This document shows positions 1 through 10,104 of a stretch of 64,000 nt of DNA, piece by piece (within the stretch, counting starts at the first letter, position 1; each line of letters opens with the position of its first letter). Source of the stretch: an uncultured Gemmatimonadaceae bacterium (lineage in GTDB: Bacteria; Gemmatimonadota; Gemmatimonadetes; Gemmatimonadales; Gemmatimonadaceae); the NCBI GenBank assembly GCA_963817955.1, contig CAWFQK010000002.1:1056001-1120000 (forward strand), in the 5' to 3' direction. Both the position numbers and the translations under genes were made by a program. Below the pieces are notes generated by a model that saw nothing but the letters and a program-made list of their open reading frames with translations, made no database searches and had not been told where the DNA came from.

Positions 1-855
1 GGGGGCGGGGGATATGCGGACGTCGTAGCCGTAAAGGTGCGCCCAATGGTCGACTCGGTCACTCCGGCGGTCTATTTCATACGCTCGAAGGGCACGGACA
101 CCACGGTCAAGCTGAGCGGCGCGGGCAACTCCGTGTACGCGGAGCACACCGTAGGCGTGTACGCGCAGTGGATAACGACGACAATGAAGGTGAAGGCGGC
201 TTGGGTAAGCTTGTCGGGATTGGTGAAGAACGGCGCGGGTACGATCAGTGGCGTCGATGAGTGCGGACAGATGCCCAACGTAGCCGGGGCTCAGGTGGAC
301 AAAGGCGACTTGGTCGTGAACGGAAACGCTTCGTCCTTCCTGGGCAGTCCGCCGGTGGATACCAGCAAGACATTCGCGCAACTCAAGCCAACGGTGGGCA
401 TCGACTGGAACGGCATCGTCAACAACAACGCGATCCCCGCCGAAATCACGATCCCGGGCGGGGCCTTTCCCTCCGCCCATGACTTCGCAGTAGATACGAA
501 CTACTGGCCGATCATCCGCGTTCACACCAACAACTATGGTCTGCCGAATGCCGGACGCGGCATCATCATTGCCGACAGCAATTTCACGATCAGCGGAAGC
601 AACATGTGGAGCGGCATTGTCCTCGTGGGCGGTACGCTGACGTCGAACGGAAACAACACCACGTATGGCGCCACGCTCAGCGGACTGAATTTCCTCATCG
701 GCGGCACCCCGTCTCCGTCGACCGTGGACGATTCGTACGCCAATGGTCAAAAGGACTACGTCTACGATTCCTGCTCCGTGGCCAAGGCATCGTCGATGAT
801 GCGAAAGTACGTCGCAATTCCAAATTCGTGGATGGACAACCTGGCGTCCTGGTAG
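1..855 (+). CDS. 5'-truncated Gly/Asn/Thr-rich protein, probably the C-terminal part of a PilX-like pilus assembly/surface protein
   Basis: Frame 1 is open from base 1 to TAG at 853-855. Beta-rich 'GRGIIIADSNFTISGSNMWSGIVLVGG' segment and a terminal 'NSWMD' resemble PilX-like proteins. The N-terminus lies outside the window. Confidence 0.45.
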   Translation, partial: GGGGYADVVAVKVRPMVDSVTPAVYFIRSKGTDTTVKLSGAGNSVYAEHTVGVYAQWITTTMKVKAAWVSLSGLVKNGAGTISGVDECGQMPNVAGAQVDKGDLVVNGNASSFLGSPPVDTSKTFAQLKPTVGIDWNGIVNNNAIPAEITIPGGAFPSAHDFAVDTNYWPIIRVHTNNYGLPNAGRGIIIADSNFTISGSNMWSGIVLVGGTLTSNGNNTTYGATLSGLNFLIGGTPSPSTVDDSYANGQKDYVYDSCSVAKASSMMRKYVAIPNSWMDNLASW

Positions 856-875
856 CTGCTGATGGCTGGATTATG

Positions 876-912
876 AGAAGGGCGGGAGCGACATCGTCGC
901 TTCCGCCCTTCT
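876..912. terminator. Bidirectional hairpin terminator between convergent genes
   Basis: agaagggcgggagcgac-atc-gtcgcttccgcccttct inverted repeat with one G-T pair, between two stop codons. Confidence 0.75.
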
Positions 913-943
913 TCGCTAGAGTCAGCCGTCTCGCGTCTGGTCC

Positions 944-3400
944 CTACGGCATCCCAAACGGATCCCCCGGAGGCGCAACGAGCGACGGCGAGAACTTGGG
1001 TAGTTCGCGCTTGTCGATCCACCGCGTGAAATCGTTCGAGATCGACAGCCAGTGCGCGCGCTCGTCGTCGCCGCGTGCCGCCGTCTGGCGACTGCGCGCC
1101 TTGGAGCGGAGGTCGGCAATCTTGAGCTCAGCCATCGCACGCACCTCGGCCGCGGCGTCGTTGTCGGCGGCGAGCATCAGCAGCTTGTCGGCCACGGTGC
1201 GCTGGGTGACGCGCTGCAGCGCCGCGAGCTTGGGGGACGGCTGAGCCGGTGCACCCCACGTTGCACCAACGAGAGCGTCGATCGTGCCGCCGAGCGTGAG
1301 GTGTGGCCCGGCACCGCGGTTGCCGAATTCCACCAGCCGGGCAGCTCGATCGCGCTGCAGAATCATGTCGACGATCATCTGCGACAACGTCTGCGCGGCA
1401 CCCAGTTCGTCGAACGCCGGCCGAGTGCGACTCTGGAACAATTCCACGGTCGGCGTCACGGCGTTCGCCCCTGGTGCCATGAGTGTCAACACGGTATCCG
1501 GAATGGCCAGCTCATCCGGACTCAACGCGCTGACCATCAAGTGCAGCGCGTCCATTTGCTGCTTATAGGCGACGGGCCGCGTTGCCTGCTGCGCGTCGCC
1601 ACTGACGGCGTTGGTGTACTCCATCCCGCCTATGGCCTTCGACGTGCCATTCAAAGCGAAGCGATGCATGAAGTAGACAGGGGCAAATCGTTCCTGCAAC
1701 AGCGTGATCGGATCGCCGGGTCTGATGTTGCGCAGCCCGAAGTCGCGCATGGCGACGCGACGTACTGCGGTTTGACTTCTGAGGAAGTCGAGCGGCGTGG
1801 CGTCGTCGTCCCACAGGTTCACGCGCGGGTCGGAGCCGTACTCGGGGCGCGCATCGGCGTCCGAGAGATAGACATAGCCCTTCTTGAGGCCGTCGGCGAC
1901 AATGGCGCGCAGCGAGTCGCGCTCGCTCGAGACCGGAAAGATGCCATAGCCCCAGTGAATGGCCCAAACGTCGTACGGGCCCGGTCCAACCGCGTACGCC
2001 TGCTGGATGTCGATGCGCCCGTTCGCGTCGAGTCGCACGCGCGGCGGCGGGTAGTCCATCACCGAACCGCGCTCGTAGGTCGACGCGATGTAGTTGTGCG
2101 ACAGACCGAGCGTGTGCCCCGTTTCGTGCGCGCTCACCTGGCGCACGCGGGCGAGCACGAACGCCGTGTCGGCCGCAGAGGCGGCGGCGCCCATCAGCCC
2201 GGCGTAGAGATTGTAGTCGGTACGCGCACGATGGGAGTCGAGCCGGGCCATGCCCTTGATCATCTCGCCGGTACGCGGATCGGTGAGCGCACCACCAACC
2301 GACCACCCGCGCTCGTTACGGTTCTCCCACTGTACGACGTTGTACCGGGCGTCCATGGGATCTACCCCTTCGGGGAGCAGTTCGGCCTTGAATCCCCCCG
2401 TGAGACCCGCGCGGTCAAACGCCTGCTCCCACCACTTCACGCCGGCAAGCGTCGCCGAGCGCATCGGTTCGGGAATACCACGGTCGACGTAATAGCGGAT
2501 CGGTTCCTTGATTGGCGATTTGGGATCATTCGGGTCGACGCGTTCCAGGCGATGCCGTGACGCGAGGCGAATCTGTAGCGGGTCTTGAATCGGCTGCGCG
2601 TAGTCCTTGTACGAAACGCCAAAGTAGCCGACGCGCGGGTCGATCGCGCGCGTATGGAAGTTGGCGTCCGGGAGCTTGAGAAAACTCAGGTGCTGTCGCA
2701 GCGTGAACGCTCGGCCATCCGGGACGATCGATGCCACGATGCCGCCTGGGCGCGCTGTCGTGGCATAGGTGAGGGCGACGTCGATTTCCGTGTTATCCGG
2801 AAAGGCTTTGGTGTACGGCCGGTAGATCGTCGAACGGTCGCGCGCCACCGCGTACGTCCCCTGCTGGCTTCGCGTCAGCGTTCCCACGACATCGTTCCAG
2901 TCGCGCATCGCGACGTCGGTCGCATCGACGAGCAGGCGTCCGCCCTCGTCGGCCAGGAGCGGCATGGCCGCCACGGTGCTTGGCGGGAAGGCCTCGGCAA
3001 CGGTACGCAAGTGATCCGCGCTTCCCGACGTGCTGCGATATGCCCAGTTCTCGAGCACGAGGAGCACCCGGTCGCCGTCGCGGTCGAAGCGGGCCACCTG
3101 GGTCTCGCCGCTGGAACCCCGATCGATGCCAATGGGATTCGAACCCAAACCGGTTGCTTGGGTAATGAGCAGGAGGGCACGCGTCGAGTCCCGCGGGATC
3201 TCGATGAGGATGCGCCCTGACCTCGGGTCGAGGTAAATTGGAAGAAACCCGTCTCGGCGCTCCATGCCCGCCGTCCGCGCGGCAATCGACGTTGAGAGTG
3301 GCGCTGTTGTTGCTTGAGCGAGGACAGCCGCGGGACAGGCGAAGAGGATGATCGACGCGAGCGCCAGCGGCGCTCGCCGTGGGCGGGGAGCAGGTTTCAT
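944..3400 (-). CDS. Secreted zinc-dependent metalloprotease (DUF5117/DUF4953 metzincin-like)
   Basis: Signal peptide ending AVLA-Q; HETGHTLGLSH zinc motif; SVMDY Met-turn; 'DPRVGYF' and 'DPRTGE' motifs. Confidence 0.88.
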   Translation of the reverse strand: MKPAPRPRRAPLALASIILFACPAAVLAQATTAPLSTSIAARTAGMERRDGFLPIYLDPRSGRILIEIPRDSTRALLLITQATGLGSNPIGIDRGSSGETQVARFDRDGDRVLLVLENWAYRSTSGSADHLRTVAEAFPPSTVAAMPLLADEGGRLLVDATDVAMRDWNDVVGTLTRSQQGTYAVARDRSTIYRPYTKAFPDNTEIDVALTYATTARPGGIVASIVPDGRAFTLRQHLSFLKLPDANFHTRAIDPRVGYFGVSYKDYAQPIQDPLQIRLASRHRLERVDPNDPKSPIKEPIRYYVDRGIPEPMRSATLAGVKWWEQAFDRAGLTGGFKAELLPEGVDPMDARYNVVQWENRNERGWSVGGALTDPRTGEMIKGMARLDSHRARTDYNLYAGLMGAAASAADTAFVLARVRQVSAHETGHTLGLSHNYIASTYERGSVMDYPPPRVRLDANGRIDIQQAYAVGPGPYDVWAIHWGYGIFPVSSERDSLRAIVADGLKKGYVYLSDADARPEYGSDPRVNLWDDDATPLDFLRSQTAVRRVAMRDFGLRNIRPGDPITLLQERFAPVYFMHRFALNGTSKAIGGMEYTNAVSGDAQQATRPVAYKQQMDALHLMVSALSPDELAIPDTVLTLMAPGANAVTPTVELFQSRTRPAFDELGAAQTLSQMIVDMILQRDRAARLVEFGNRGAGPHLTLGGTIDALVGATWGAPAQPSPKLAALQRVTQRTVADKLLMLAADNDAAAEVRAMAELKIADLRSKARSRQTAARGDDERAHWLSISNDFTRWIDKRELPKFSPSLVAPPGDPFGMP

Positions 3401-3435
3401 TGGGGGTCTTCTCTCAAATGCTTCGTGAGGGTCTA

Positions 3436-4050
3436 GTGCGATCGCATAGAATACAGGTTGTGGCGCTGCTCGCCATCCTTTCTGGCTGTGCCAGTAGTGG
3501 TCCGCTCAAATTTGGCCCGGCCGACGCTCTCGCGCCGCGTGTTGCACCGCAAAAGGGCGAGCGCAGGCCGCTGCACCTCACGCTACAAGTCGACCGCCCG
3601 GCAAATGTCGCCGTGTTCCTGGTGACGCCCGGCGCCGGCAGCGTACTTCTGTTCCCCGACGATTCAACCCGAAGCGGATTCGTGGACGCGGGATCGCATC
3701 TCGTACAGACATCGCTGGCCAAACTGAGTTTGAGCGACACGTCGCGCTTGATTCGCCGGCCGGGCCAGCCGCAGGAGCCGGCGGGTGGCATGGGACGACC
3801 CATGGGTGGCCGGGGGGGCGAGCGTGGCGGACGCGAATCGATGTCGTCGTCCGGGTTCAACCAGCACGGGTATCTGCTGGTGTACGCATCTCAGGACCCG
3901 CTACCCTACAGCATTCTCAACACCCGCGTCTCCGGGATATCTATTCCGATCGACGACAAGGATGCGCTGACCACGGTCATGAAGCTCATTCGCGAGACGA
4001 CGCATACCACTGGTCCGTGGGCCGCGTACGCTACGAGCTTTCCACCCTGA
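3436..4050 (+). CDS. Hypothetical lipoprotein
   Basis: GTG at 3436 after GAGGG (alternative ATG at 3418). Hydrophobic stretch with lipobox LSG-C. Gly-rich internal linker. Confidence 0.6.
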   Translation: MRSHRIQVVALLAILSGCASSGPLKFGPADALAPRVAPQKGERRPLHLTLQVDRPANVAVFLVTPGAGSVLLFPDDSTRSGFVDAGSHLVQTSLAKLSLSDTSRLIRRPGQPQEPAGGMGRPMGGRGGERGGRESMSSSGFNQHGYLLVYASQDPLPYSILNTRVSGISIPIDDKDALTTVMKLIRETTHTTGPWAAYATSFPP

Positions 4051-4074
4051 GCGTCCCCAGGGCACGCCTTGGGG

Positions 4075-5913
4075 CTACGGCCCGGTCGTGCCTGTGAGGA
4101 TGCCGTTCCGGATACGGATTGCCTTCGGCGTCGCCGCAGGATCCGGGGCCACGACCAGGTCCCCAGGCGCGAACTGCAGCTTCCCCGGCAGCGTGATGGT
4201 CTCGGTGCCACGGCGCACCGTGATTGGAAGCGGCGATCCCTCGGCCGACGCGCCGTATTTTGCTCGCAGCTTGGCGCCGAACTGTTGGTCGACGACAGGA
4301 ATATCGCCCACCGAAATCAGGTAATCACCCGCCCGCACGCCGGCCGCAGCGGCTGAGCTGCCTTCGGTGACGTTCGCCACGAGCATTCCGTTGAGGTCCT
4401 GTTGCGTGAGAACTCCCAGGCGGGGAACCTGTTCCTGGTGCGCGCGCAGTCCTACCAGCGGGAGAATGCTGTCCCACGGGAATGGCTCGCGTCCATCGAT
4501 GTAACGCGAGTTGAAGGACGCGAACGACTTTGCGCCTGGGCCGGCCGCGGCACTCACGGCGCTCCACCATTCTGCACCGGTGAAGCCCTGTCCGCGCTTG
4601 TACGTCGTCTGGTACAACGACCGCATGACATCATCGAGCGAATGACGGTTGTTGCTCGCGTCACGGATCAGGACGTCGAGCATGAATCCCGCGAGCGACC
4701 CCTTTGGATAGTAGATGTATTCGGTGCCGTCCACCGGATGCACCCAGGTATTGAGCGACGCGTCTTCGAGGGAAACCGGCACGGCACTCATGACTTCATT
4801 CATCTTGTCACCGGTCAGCTTGTAGAAAGCCGCCGCATCGTTGACGCCGCCGCGTACCTGGGCGAGATCGGCGTAGTAGTCGGTGATGCCCTCCGACACC
4901 CAGAGCCACGGGGTGGGCTGTGGATGTTCGTACTGATATGGCCACATCTCCGACGGGCGCAACCGCTTCACGTTCCACGAGTGGAAGATCTCGTGTGCAT
5001 AGAGCGACGGCTGGAAATCGCTGCCGACGTACGCGGGCGCGACCACGTCGACGTGAGAGCTCTGGTGTTCGAGCCCGCTCGCCCCGCCATAGGTGGAATC
5101 GACGATCTGCATGATCGTGTAGTTCTCCCACGGCGTCTCGCCGAACACCGACGCCTCCACAGGAATCACCCGCTTCAGTTGGTCCCATGCGGTTTGGCGG
5201 ATATGCGCGCTCACGGCGCCCACCGGGTAGGTGGCATATCGCACCCAGCGATTCACGATTCGAGTGCTGTCCAGATCGTAATGTCCAATGAAGAATGGCA
5301 TGTCCACGAGATCGTGGTAGTTGCCCGCCGTGTACGTCCGCGCCCGCGACGCAGGGGACAACCCCGTCGTGACCTGCCAGTCTGCCTCGGTATGCACCGT
5401 TACGGACGACGGATAGTCGAATGACTGGCCATCCGGATACAAGAAGAGATTCGTGCCGTTGAAGAGCAGGAAGTCCGGCTTCGTCCACGCCATGGCATTG
5501 TCGAGCGTATCGGCGACATAGCGGAACGACACGCGTACGTTCTTGGCGCCGTCCGTTCGTATGCGCCACGTCTCGTAATCCATCTTGTCCCAAGTCAGCG
5601 GCTTGCCGTCAGCCGTTGCCTGGAACCCGGTCACCCATCGCGAGAAGTAAGAAATCTCATACGCCCCCGGCGTCCATGCGGGCAACGAGAGTATCGTCGG
5701 AGCTGCGGTGGTCGTGGTAAACGACATCGCGACGTCCACTATGCGCTGTTCGGCGTTGGCGCGCATGAATGTCACGTCGTATCGGACGTCGCGAAGAGGG
5801 GTGGAGACGGTGTCGCCGCGCCGCTGCGCTGCCGCGGCGCTCGAGAACCCCACGATGGCGAAAGCGGCGGCGGCGAGCATTCGGCGCATACGAATCCTTG
5901 AAGGAGCGGTCAT
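4075..5913 (-). CDS. M61 family glycyl aminopeptidase with C-terminal PDZ domain
   Basis: Signal peptide; PAWTPGAY; GLEH; HEIFHSWNVKRLRP; LWVSEGITDYY; YYPKG; PDZ segment SSAAAAGVRAGD. Confidence 0.92.
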   Translation of the reverse strand: MTAPSRIRMRRMLAAAAFAIVGFSSAAAAQRRGDTVSTPLRDVRYDVTFMRANAEQRIVDVAMSFTTTTAAPTILSLPAWTPGAYEISYFSRWVTGFQATADGKPLTWDKMDYETWRIRTDGAKNVRVSFRYVADTLDNAMAWTKPDFLLFNGTNLFLYPDGQSFDYPSSVTVHTEADWQVTTGLSPASRARTYTAGNYHDLVDMPFFIGHYDLDSTRIVNRWVRYATYPVGAVSAHIRQTAWDQLKRVIPVEASVFGETPWENYTIMQIVDSTYGGASGLEHQSSHVDVVAPAYVGSDFQPSLYAHEIFHSWNVKRLRPSEMWPYQYEHPQPTPWLWVSEGITDYYADLAQVRGGVNDAAAFYKLTGDKMNEVMSAVPVSLEDASLNTWVHPVDGTEYIYYPKGSLAGFMLDVLIRDASNNRHSLDDVMRSLYQTTYKRGQGFTGAEWWSAVSAAAGPGAKSFASFNSRYIDGREPFPWDSILPLVGLRAHQEQVPRLGVLTQQDLNGMLVANVTEGSSAAAAGVRAGDYLISVGDIPVVDQQFGAKLRAKYGASAEGSPLPITVRRGTETITLPGKLQFAPGDLVVAPDPAATPKAIRIRNGILTGTTGP

Positions 5914-6078
5914 GGCAAGAAACTACTTGGCGCAGGATTCACGCCGACAGTTGGCGACGAAATCCATACATGGATATGTGAGATGGTGACGAATGCGTCG
6001 ATCGGGGCCGACACCGGCCCCTGTAAACGAGTCTCGATCCCGCTATCGCCCCGCGTAAGGTGCCCCCATATTGCCCGA

Positions 6079-8271
6079 ATGAGCTCTCCCTCTATTCGCA
6101 CCGACGACGCCGTTCATACGCCGTTCATTCCCGCCACTGAAGCCCCGGCGGAATTGACACCTGGCGTCATCATTCTCGGCATCATTCTCGGCCTGATGTT
6201 TGCCGCCTCGAGCGTGTACCTCGCGCTCAAGGTCAGCCTCACGGTCAGCGCGTCGATTCCCGTCGCCGTCCTGTCGATCACGATCTTCCGCTACATCTCG
6301 AAGATCCTTGGCCGGCCGCCAGCCACCATTCTGCAGAACAACATGGTGCAGACGACCGGCTCGGCAGGTGAGTCGATCGCAGCAGGCATTTCGTTCACGT
6401 TGCCGGCCCTGTTGCTCCTCGGCTACAACCTGCCGTGGACCACCGTCATGGCGATCGGCATCGTCGGCGGCATCCTTGGCGTCATCTTCATGATCCCGCT
6501 GCGACGCAGCCTGATCGTGAAGGAGCACGCCAACCTCAAGTACCCAGAAGGGACGGCCTGCGCGCAGGTGCTGATCGTCGGCGAAGAACGCGGCATTCAG
6601 GCGAAAACCGTGTTCATGGGGTTCGGTGTCGGCGCGGTCTACAAGTTCATCGCGTCAGGACTGCACCTGTGGCTCGAGGTGCCGCGCCGAGCGTTCGAAA
6701 CGGCGATAGCGGGAGGACGGACGCAACTGTTTGGGGAAATCCAGGCGGAGATCAGCCCGGAGCTCACCGGCGTCGGCTACATCATCGGGCCGCGTATTGC
6801 CGGATATCTCTTCGGCGGCGGCGTGCTCGCGTGGTTCGCCCTCATCCCCGCGATCAAGTTCTTCGGCTCCGGCTTCACCACGACCATTTTCCCGGCCAAC
6901 AAGCTTATCGCCGACATGTCAGCGAGTGAGATCCGGTCGAACTACATCTACTACATCGGTGCCGGTGCAGTGACTGCGGCGGGCATCATCAGCCTCGGCC
7001 GAACGCTTCCCACGATCTGGCAGGCGCTCGTCGCTGGGCTCAAGGATTTCAAGGGCCGCGGAACGGCCGACGCGACGCGACGCACAGAGCGCGACATGCC
7101 GATGATCGTCGTCGTCGTCGGCGCACTGCTCTGCCTCGTGGCCATGGTCGCATTGCCGCAGATTCACATCAACATCATCGGAGCGCTTCTCGCGCTCTTC
7201 TTTGCGTTCCTATTCGTCACGGTGTCCAGTCGCATCACCGGTCAGATCGGCTCGTCGTCAAATCCGGTGTCGGGCATGACGGTGGCGACGCTGTTGCTCA
7301 CCTCGCTCATGTTCCTCGCCGTCGGGTGGGTTGGCATAGAGTACCGTGTGCTGGCGCTATCGATCGGCGGTGTGGTCTGCGTTGCGGCCTCGACGGCCGG
7401 AGCGACTTCACAGGATCTCAAGACCGGCTTTCTCGTGGGCGCTACGCCTTGGCGCCAACAGTTGGGACTCCTCTTCGGCGTGACGGCCTCCGCGCTGCTC
7501 GTTGGCGGCATCATCCACTTCCTCAACGAAGCCAAGCAGACCATCGTCGTGAAGAACTATGCAGGTGTCGTGGTCCATGACATCGAATCCAGCCCCATGA
7601 CACTGCGCAACGGCCGACTAGTGTCCGTCAGTGGTGGCGAGGCGGACAGCATGGTGTTCCGCGTCGGCCACGTGTATGAACAGACAGGGGCCGCACCGGC
7701 GGGCAAGTATCTCGTCGACCAGGCTGGCGCCATTCGCTATCTGGTGGACCCAGGTCTCGGCGGACGGGAGCGCGTGAACTACGACGGTCGCGAGATCGAC
7801 AAGCTCGAGTCGCCCAAGTCGCAGATCATGGCCCTGGTCGTCGACGGCATTTTGACGCAGAAGCTGCCGTGGGGTCTGATTCTCGTCGGTGCATTTCTGG
7901 CGATTGCCATGGAACTCATCGGCGTGCCGTCGCTGCCAGTGGCCGTCGGTGTGTACCTGCCGATCTCGACATCGGCCACGATGTTCATGGGAGGTATCCT
8001 ACGCTGGATCGTGGACCGCCGTCTCTCGCCGGAAGAACGCCAGGGCGCGAACGCAGATTCAGGTCCGGGCGTGTTGTTCTCGTCCGGCCTCATCGCCGGT
8101 GGCGCGATCACCGGTGTGATTCTCGCGGCATTCCAGGCAAAGGGACTCGACACCGCCATTGACTTGTCGAAGCGGGTCGGATCGTCGAGCAACGCAGTTG
8201 CAATGATCGCATACTTCTTACTGCTTGCCGTTCCGGTGTACCTGGTGGCGCGCGCGAAACGGTCAAAGTGA
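6079..8271 (+). CDS. OPT family oligopeptide transporter
   Basis: Motifs YLALKVSLTVSASIP, NNMVQTTGSAGES, YPEGTACA, SSSNPVSGMTVATL and QDLKTG; many TM helices. ATG 6079 chosen as start. Confidence 0.92.
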   Translation: MSSPSIRTDDAVHTPFIPATEAPAELTPGVIILGIILGLMFAASSVYLALKVSLTVSASIPVAVLSITIFRYISKILGRPPATILQNNMVQTTGSAGESIAAGISFTLPALLLLGYNLPWTTVMAIGIVGGILGVIFMIPLRRSLIVKEHANLKYPEGTACAQVLIVGEERGIQAKTVFMGFGVGAVYKFIASGLHLWLEVPRRAFETAIAGGRTQLFGEIQAEISPELTGVGYIIGPRIAGYLFGGGVLAWFALIPAIKFFGSGFTTTIFPANKLIADMSASEIRSNYIYYIGAGAVTAAGIISLGRTLPTIWQALVAGLKDFKGRGTADATRRTERDMPMIVVVVGALLCLVAMVALPQIHINIIGALLALFFAFLFVTVSSRITGQIGSSSNPVSGMTVATLLLTSLMFLAVGWVGIEYRVLALSIGGVVCVAASTAGATSQDLKTGFLVGATPWRQQLGLLFGVTASALLVGGIIHFLNEAKQTIVVKNYAGVVVHDIESSPMTLRNGRLVSVSGGEADSMVFRVGHVYEQTGAAPAGKYLVDQAGAIRYLVDPGLGGRERVNYDGREIDKLESPKSQIMALVVDGILTQKLPWGLILVGAFLAIAMELIGVPSLPVAVGVYLPISTSATMFMGGILRWIVDRRLSPEERQGANADSGPGVLFSSGLIAGGAITGVILAAFQAKGLDTAIDLSKRVGSSSNAVAMIAYFLLLAVPVYLVARAKRSK

Positions 8272-8324
8272 GCAGGTAACGGTATCCCGCACGCCTCTTT
8301 CATTCAGCCGCACAGTTAACCGAT

Positions 8325-10010
8325 ATGTCATTCGTTCGAATGCTCACCGCGCTCGGCGCGTCCTTCTCGCTCGCGTCGACGCTCGGTGCGCAGCGCGCAG
8401 GGCCGCCGCCGGCCGATCTCATTGTCACCAACGCCCGCGTGTACACGGTGGACGATTCCCGTCCATTCGTGTCCGCGCTGGCGGTGCGTGACGGCCGTGT
8501 GCAGTTCGTGGGATCGTCGCGCGAAGCACTCCTGCTGCGCGGCCCATCGACACGAGTGATCGACGGCACGGGGCTGACGGTGATTCCCGGCATGGTGGAC
8601 GCGCACGCGCACTTGTTCGGGCTCGCCGAATTCCTACGCAGTATCGATCTCACCGACACGCGGTCGTTCGACGAAATCGTTGCGCGCGTTGCGGCACGCG
8701 TGAAGGATACGCCGGCCGGCCAATGGGTGATCGGCCGAGGGTGGGATCAGAACAAGTGGGGCGACACCCGCTTTCCGACGCACGATGCGCTGTCGCGCGT
8801 CTCACCGAATACGCCGGTGGTGCTCGAGCGAGTAGACGGTCACGCCATTCTCGCCAACGCGGCAGCGATGCGCGCGGCGAAAGTCACTGCCGCCACGAAG
8901 GACCCAGCCGGCGGCCGCATCGAGCGCGCAGCGAACGGCGAGCCGACGGGCGTGTTCGTGGACAACGCCATGGAGTTGGTGAACCGCGTGGTTCCGTCGA
9001 TGTCGCGCGCTGAGATGCGCAGCGCGACACTTGCCGCCGTTGCCGAGGCGAACCGCTACGGGCTGGTTGGCCTTCACGATGCCGGCGAGCCCCGCGGCGT
9101 GATCGACGTCTTCGAGGAGTTGGCGCAGGCCGGCACCTTCAATCTTCGCGCGTACGTGATGGTGTCCGACGACAGCGCCGCGATCGAGCACTACTTCCAG
9201 CGCGGTCCGCAGAGCGCCCTGTACGACGGCCACCTCTGGATTCGCACCATCAAGCTGTACGCGGACGGGGCGCTCGGCTCGCGCGGCGCGGCGCTGCTCG
9301 ATCCGTACGCCGATGACTTGAAGAACAACGGCCTGCTCAAGACCACGCCCGAGCACTTGCGCGACGTCTCGACCAGGGCGCTCCAGCACGGCTTCCAGGT
9401 GGCGACCCATGCAATTGGAGACCGCGGGAACCGCGTGGCACTCGACGCGTATGAAGCAGCGCTCAAGGCGGTGCCAACCGCGGACCATCGGTTTCGCATA
9501 GAACATGTGCAGGTGCTCGACCATGCCGACGTGCCACGATTCGCTCAGCTCGGCGTCATTCCATCCATGCAATCGGCACATCAGACGAGCGACATGTACT
9601 GGGCAGCGAACCGGCTCGGCTACGCGCGCACATTCGGTGCGTACGCTTGGCGATCACTGTTGAACACCGGTGTCATCATCCCGAACGGCAGCGACTTTCC
9701 GGTGGAGCGCGTGAACCCGCTCTACTCGTTCCACGCGGCCGTTTCGCGGCAGGATGAATTCGGTTGGCCGCCAGGCGGCTGGTTCCCCGAGCAGAAGATG
9801 ACGCGCGAGGAAGCACTCAAATCCATGACTATTTGGCCGGCCTTCGCTGGTTTCCAAGAGAACATCAGCGGTTCCCTCACGCCGGGGAAGTACGCGGACT
9901 TCGTGATCCTCGACCGAGACATCATGACAGCGCCAGAGAATGACATCCTCGGCACACATGTCCTGGCGACCTATATTGGAGGCAAGGCAGTCTTCGAACG
10001 CAATCGTTAA
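8325..10010 (+). CDS. Amidohydrolase 3 family (YtcJ-like) metal-dependent hydrolase, probably exported
   Basis: PGMVDAHAH, KLYADGALGSRGA, HAIGDRGN, RIEHVQ, GSDFPVE; N-terminal signal-like sequence. Confidence 0.9.
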   Translation: MSFVRMLTALGASFSLASTLGAQRAGPPPADLIVTNARVYTVDDSRPFVSALAVRDGRVQFVGSSREALLLRGPSTRVIDGTGLTVIPGMVDAHAHLFGLAEFLRSIDLTDTRSFDEIVARVAARVKDTPAGQWVIGRGWDQNKWGDTRFPTHDALSRVSPNTPVVLERVDGHAILANAAAMRAAKVTAATKDPAGGRIERAANGEPTGVFVDNAMELVNRVVPSMSRAEMRSATLAAVAEANRYGLVGLHDAGEPRGVIDVFEELAQAGTFNLRAYVMVSDDSAAIEHYFQRGPQSALYDGHLWIRTIKLYADGALGSRGAALLDPYADDLKNNGLLKTTPEHLRDVSTRALQHGFQVATHAIGDRGNRVALDAYEAALKAVPTADHRFRIEHVQVLDHADVPRFAQLGVIPSMQSAHQTSDMYWAANRLGYARTFGAYAWRSLLNTGVIIPNGSDFPVERVNPLYSFHAAVSRQDEFGWPPGGWFPEQKMTREEALKSMTIWPAFAGFQENISGSLTPGKYADFVILDRDIMTAPENDILGTHVLATYIGGKAVFERNR

Positions 10011-10104
10011 AGGCTGCCCGTTCGTAGGCCACACGTTCATTAGGGCCGGTGTACAGGCCACCGGCCGCTGGATTCGGACAGACACCGCCTCAATCCATTT
10101 GCTC

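Noticed and set aside
1052..2560. Long antisense ORFs (also 24389-25804, 31856-33076, 35405-37228, 37788-39362, 59919-61430)
   Set aside because: Shadow frames of GC-rich genes with strong motifs on the opposite strand or in another frame. No recognisable domains.
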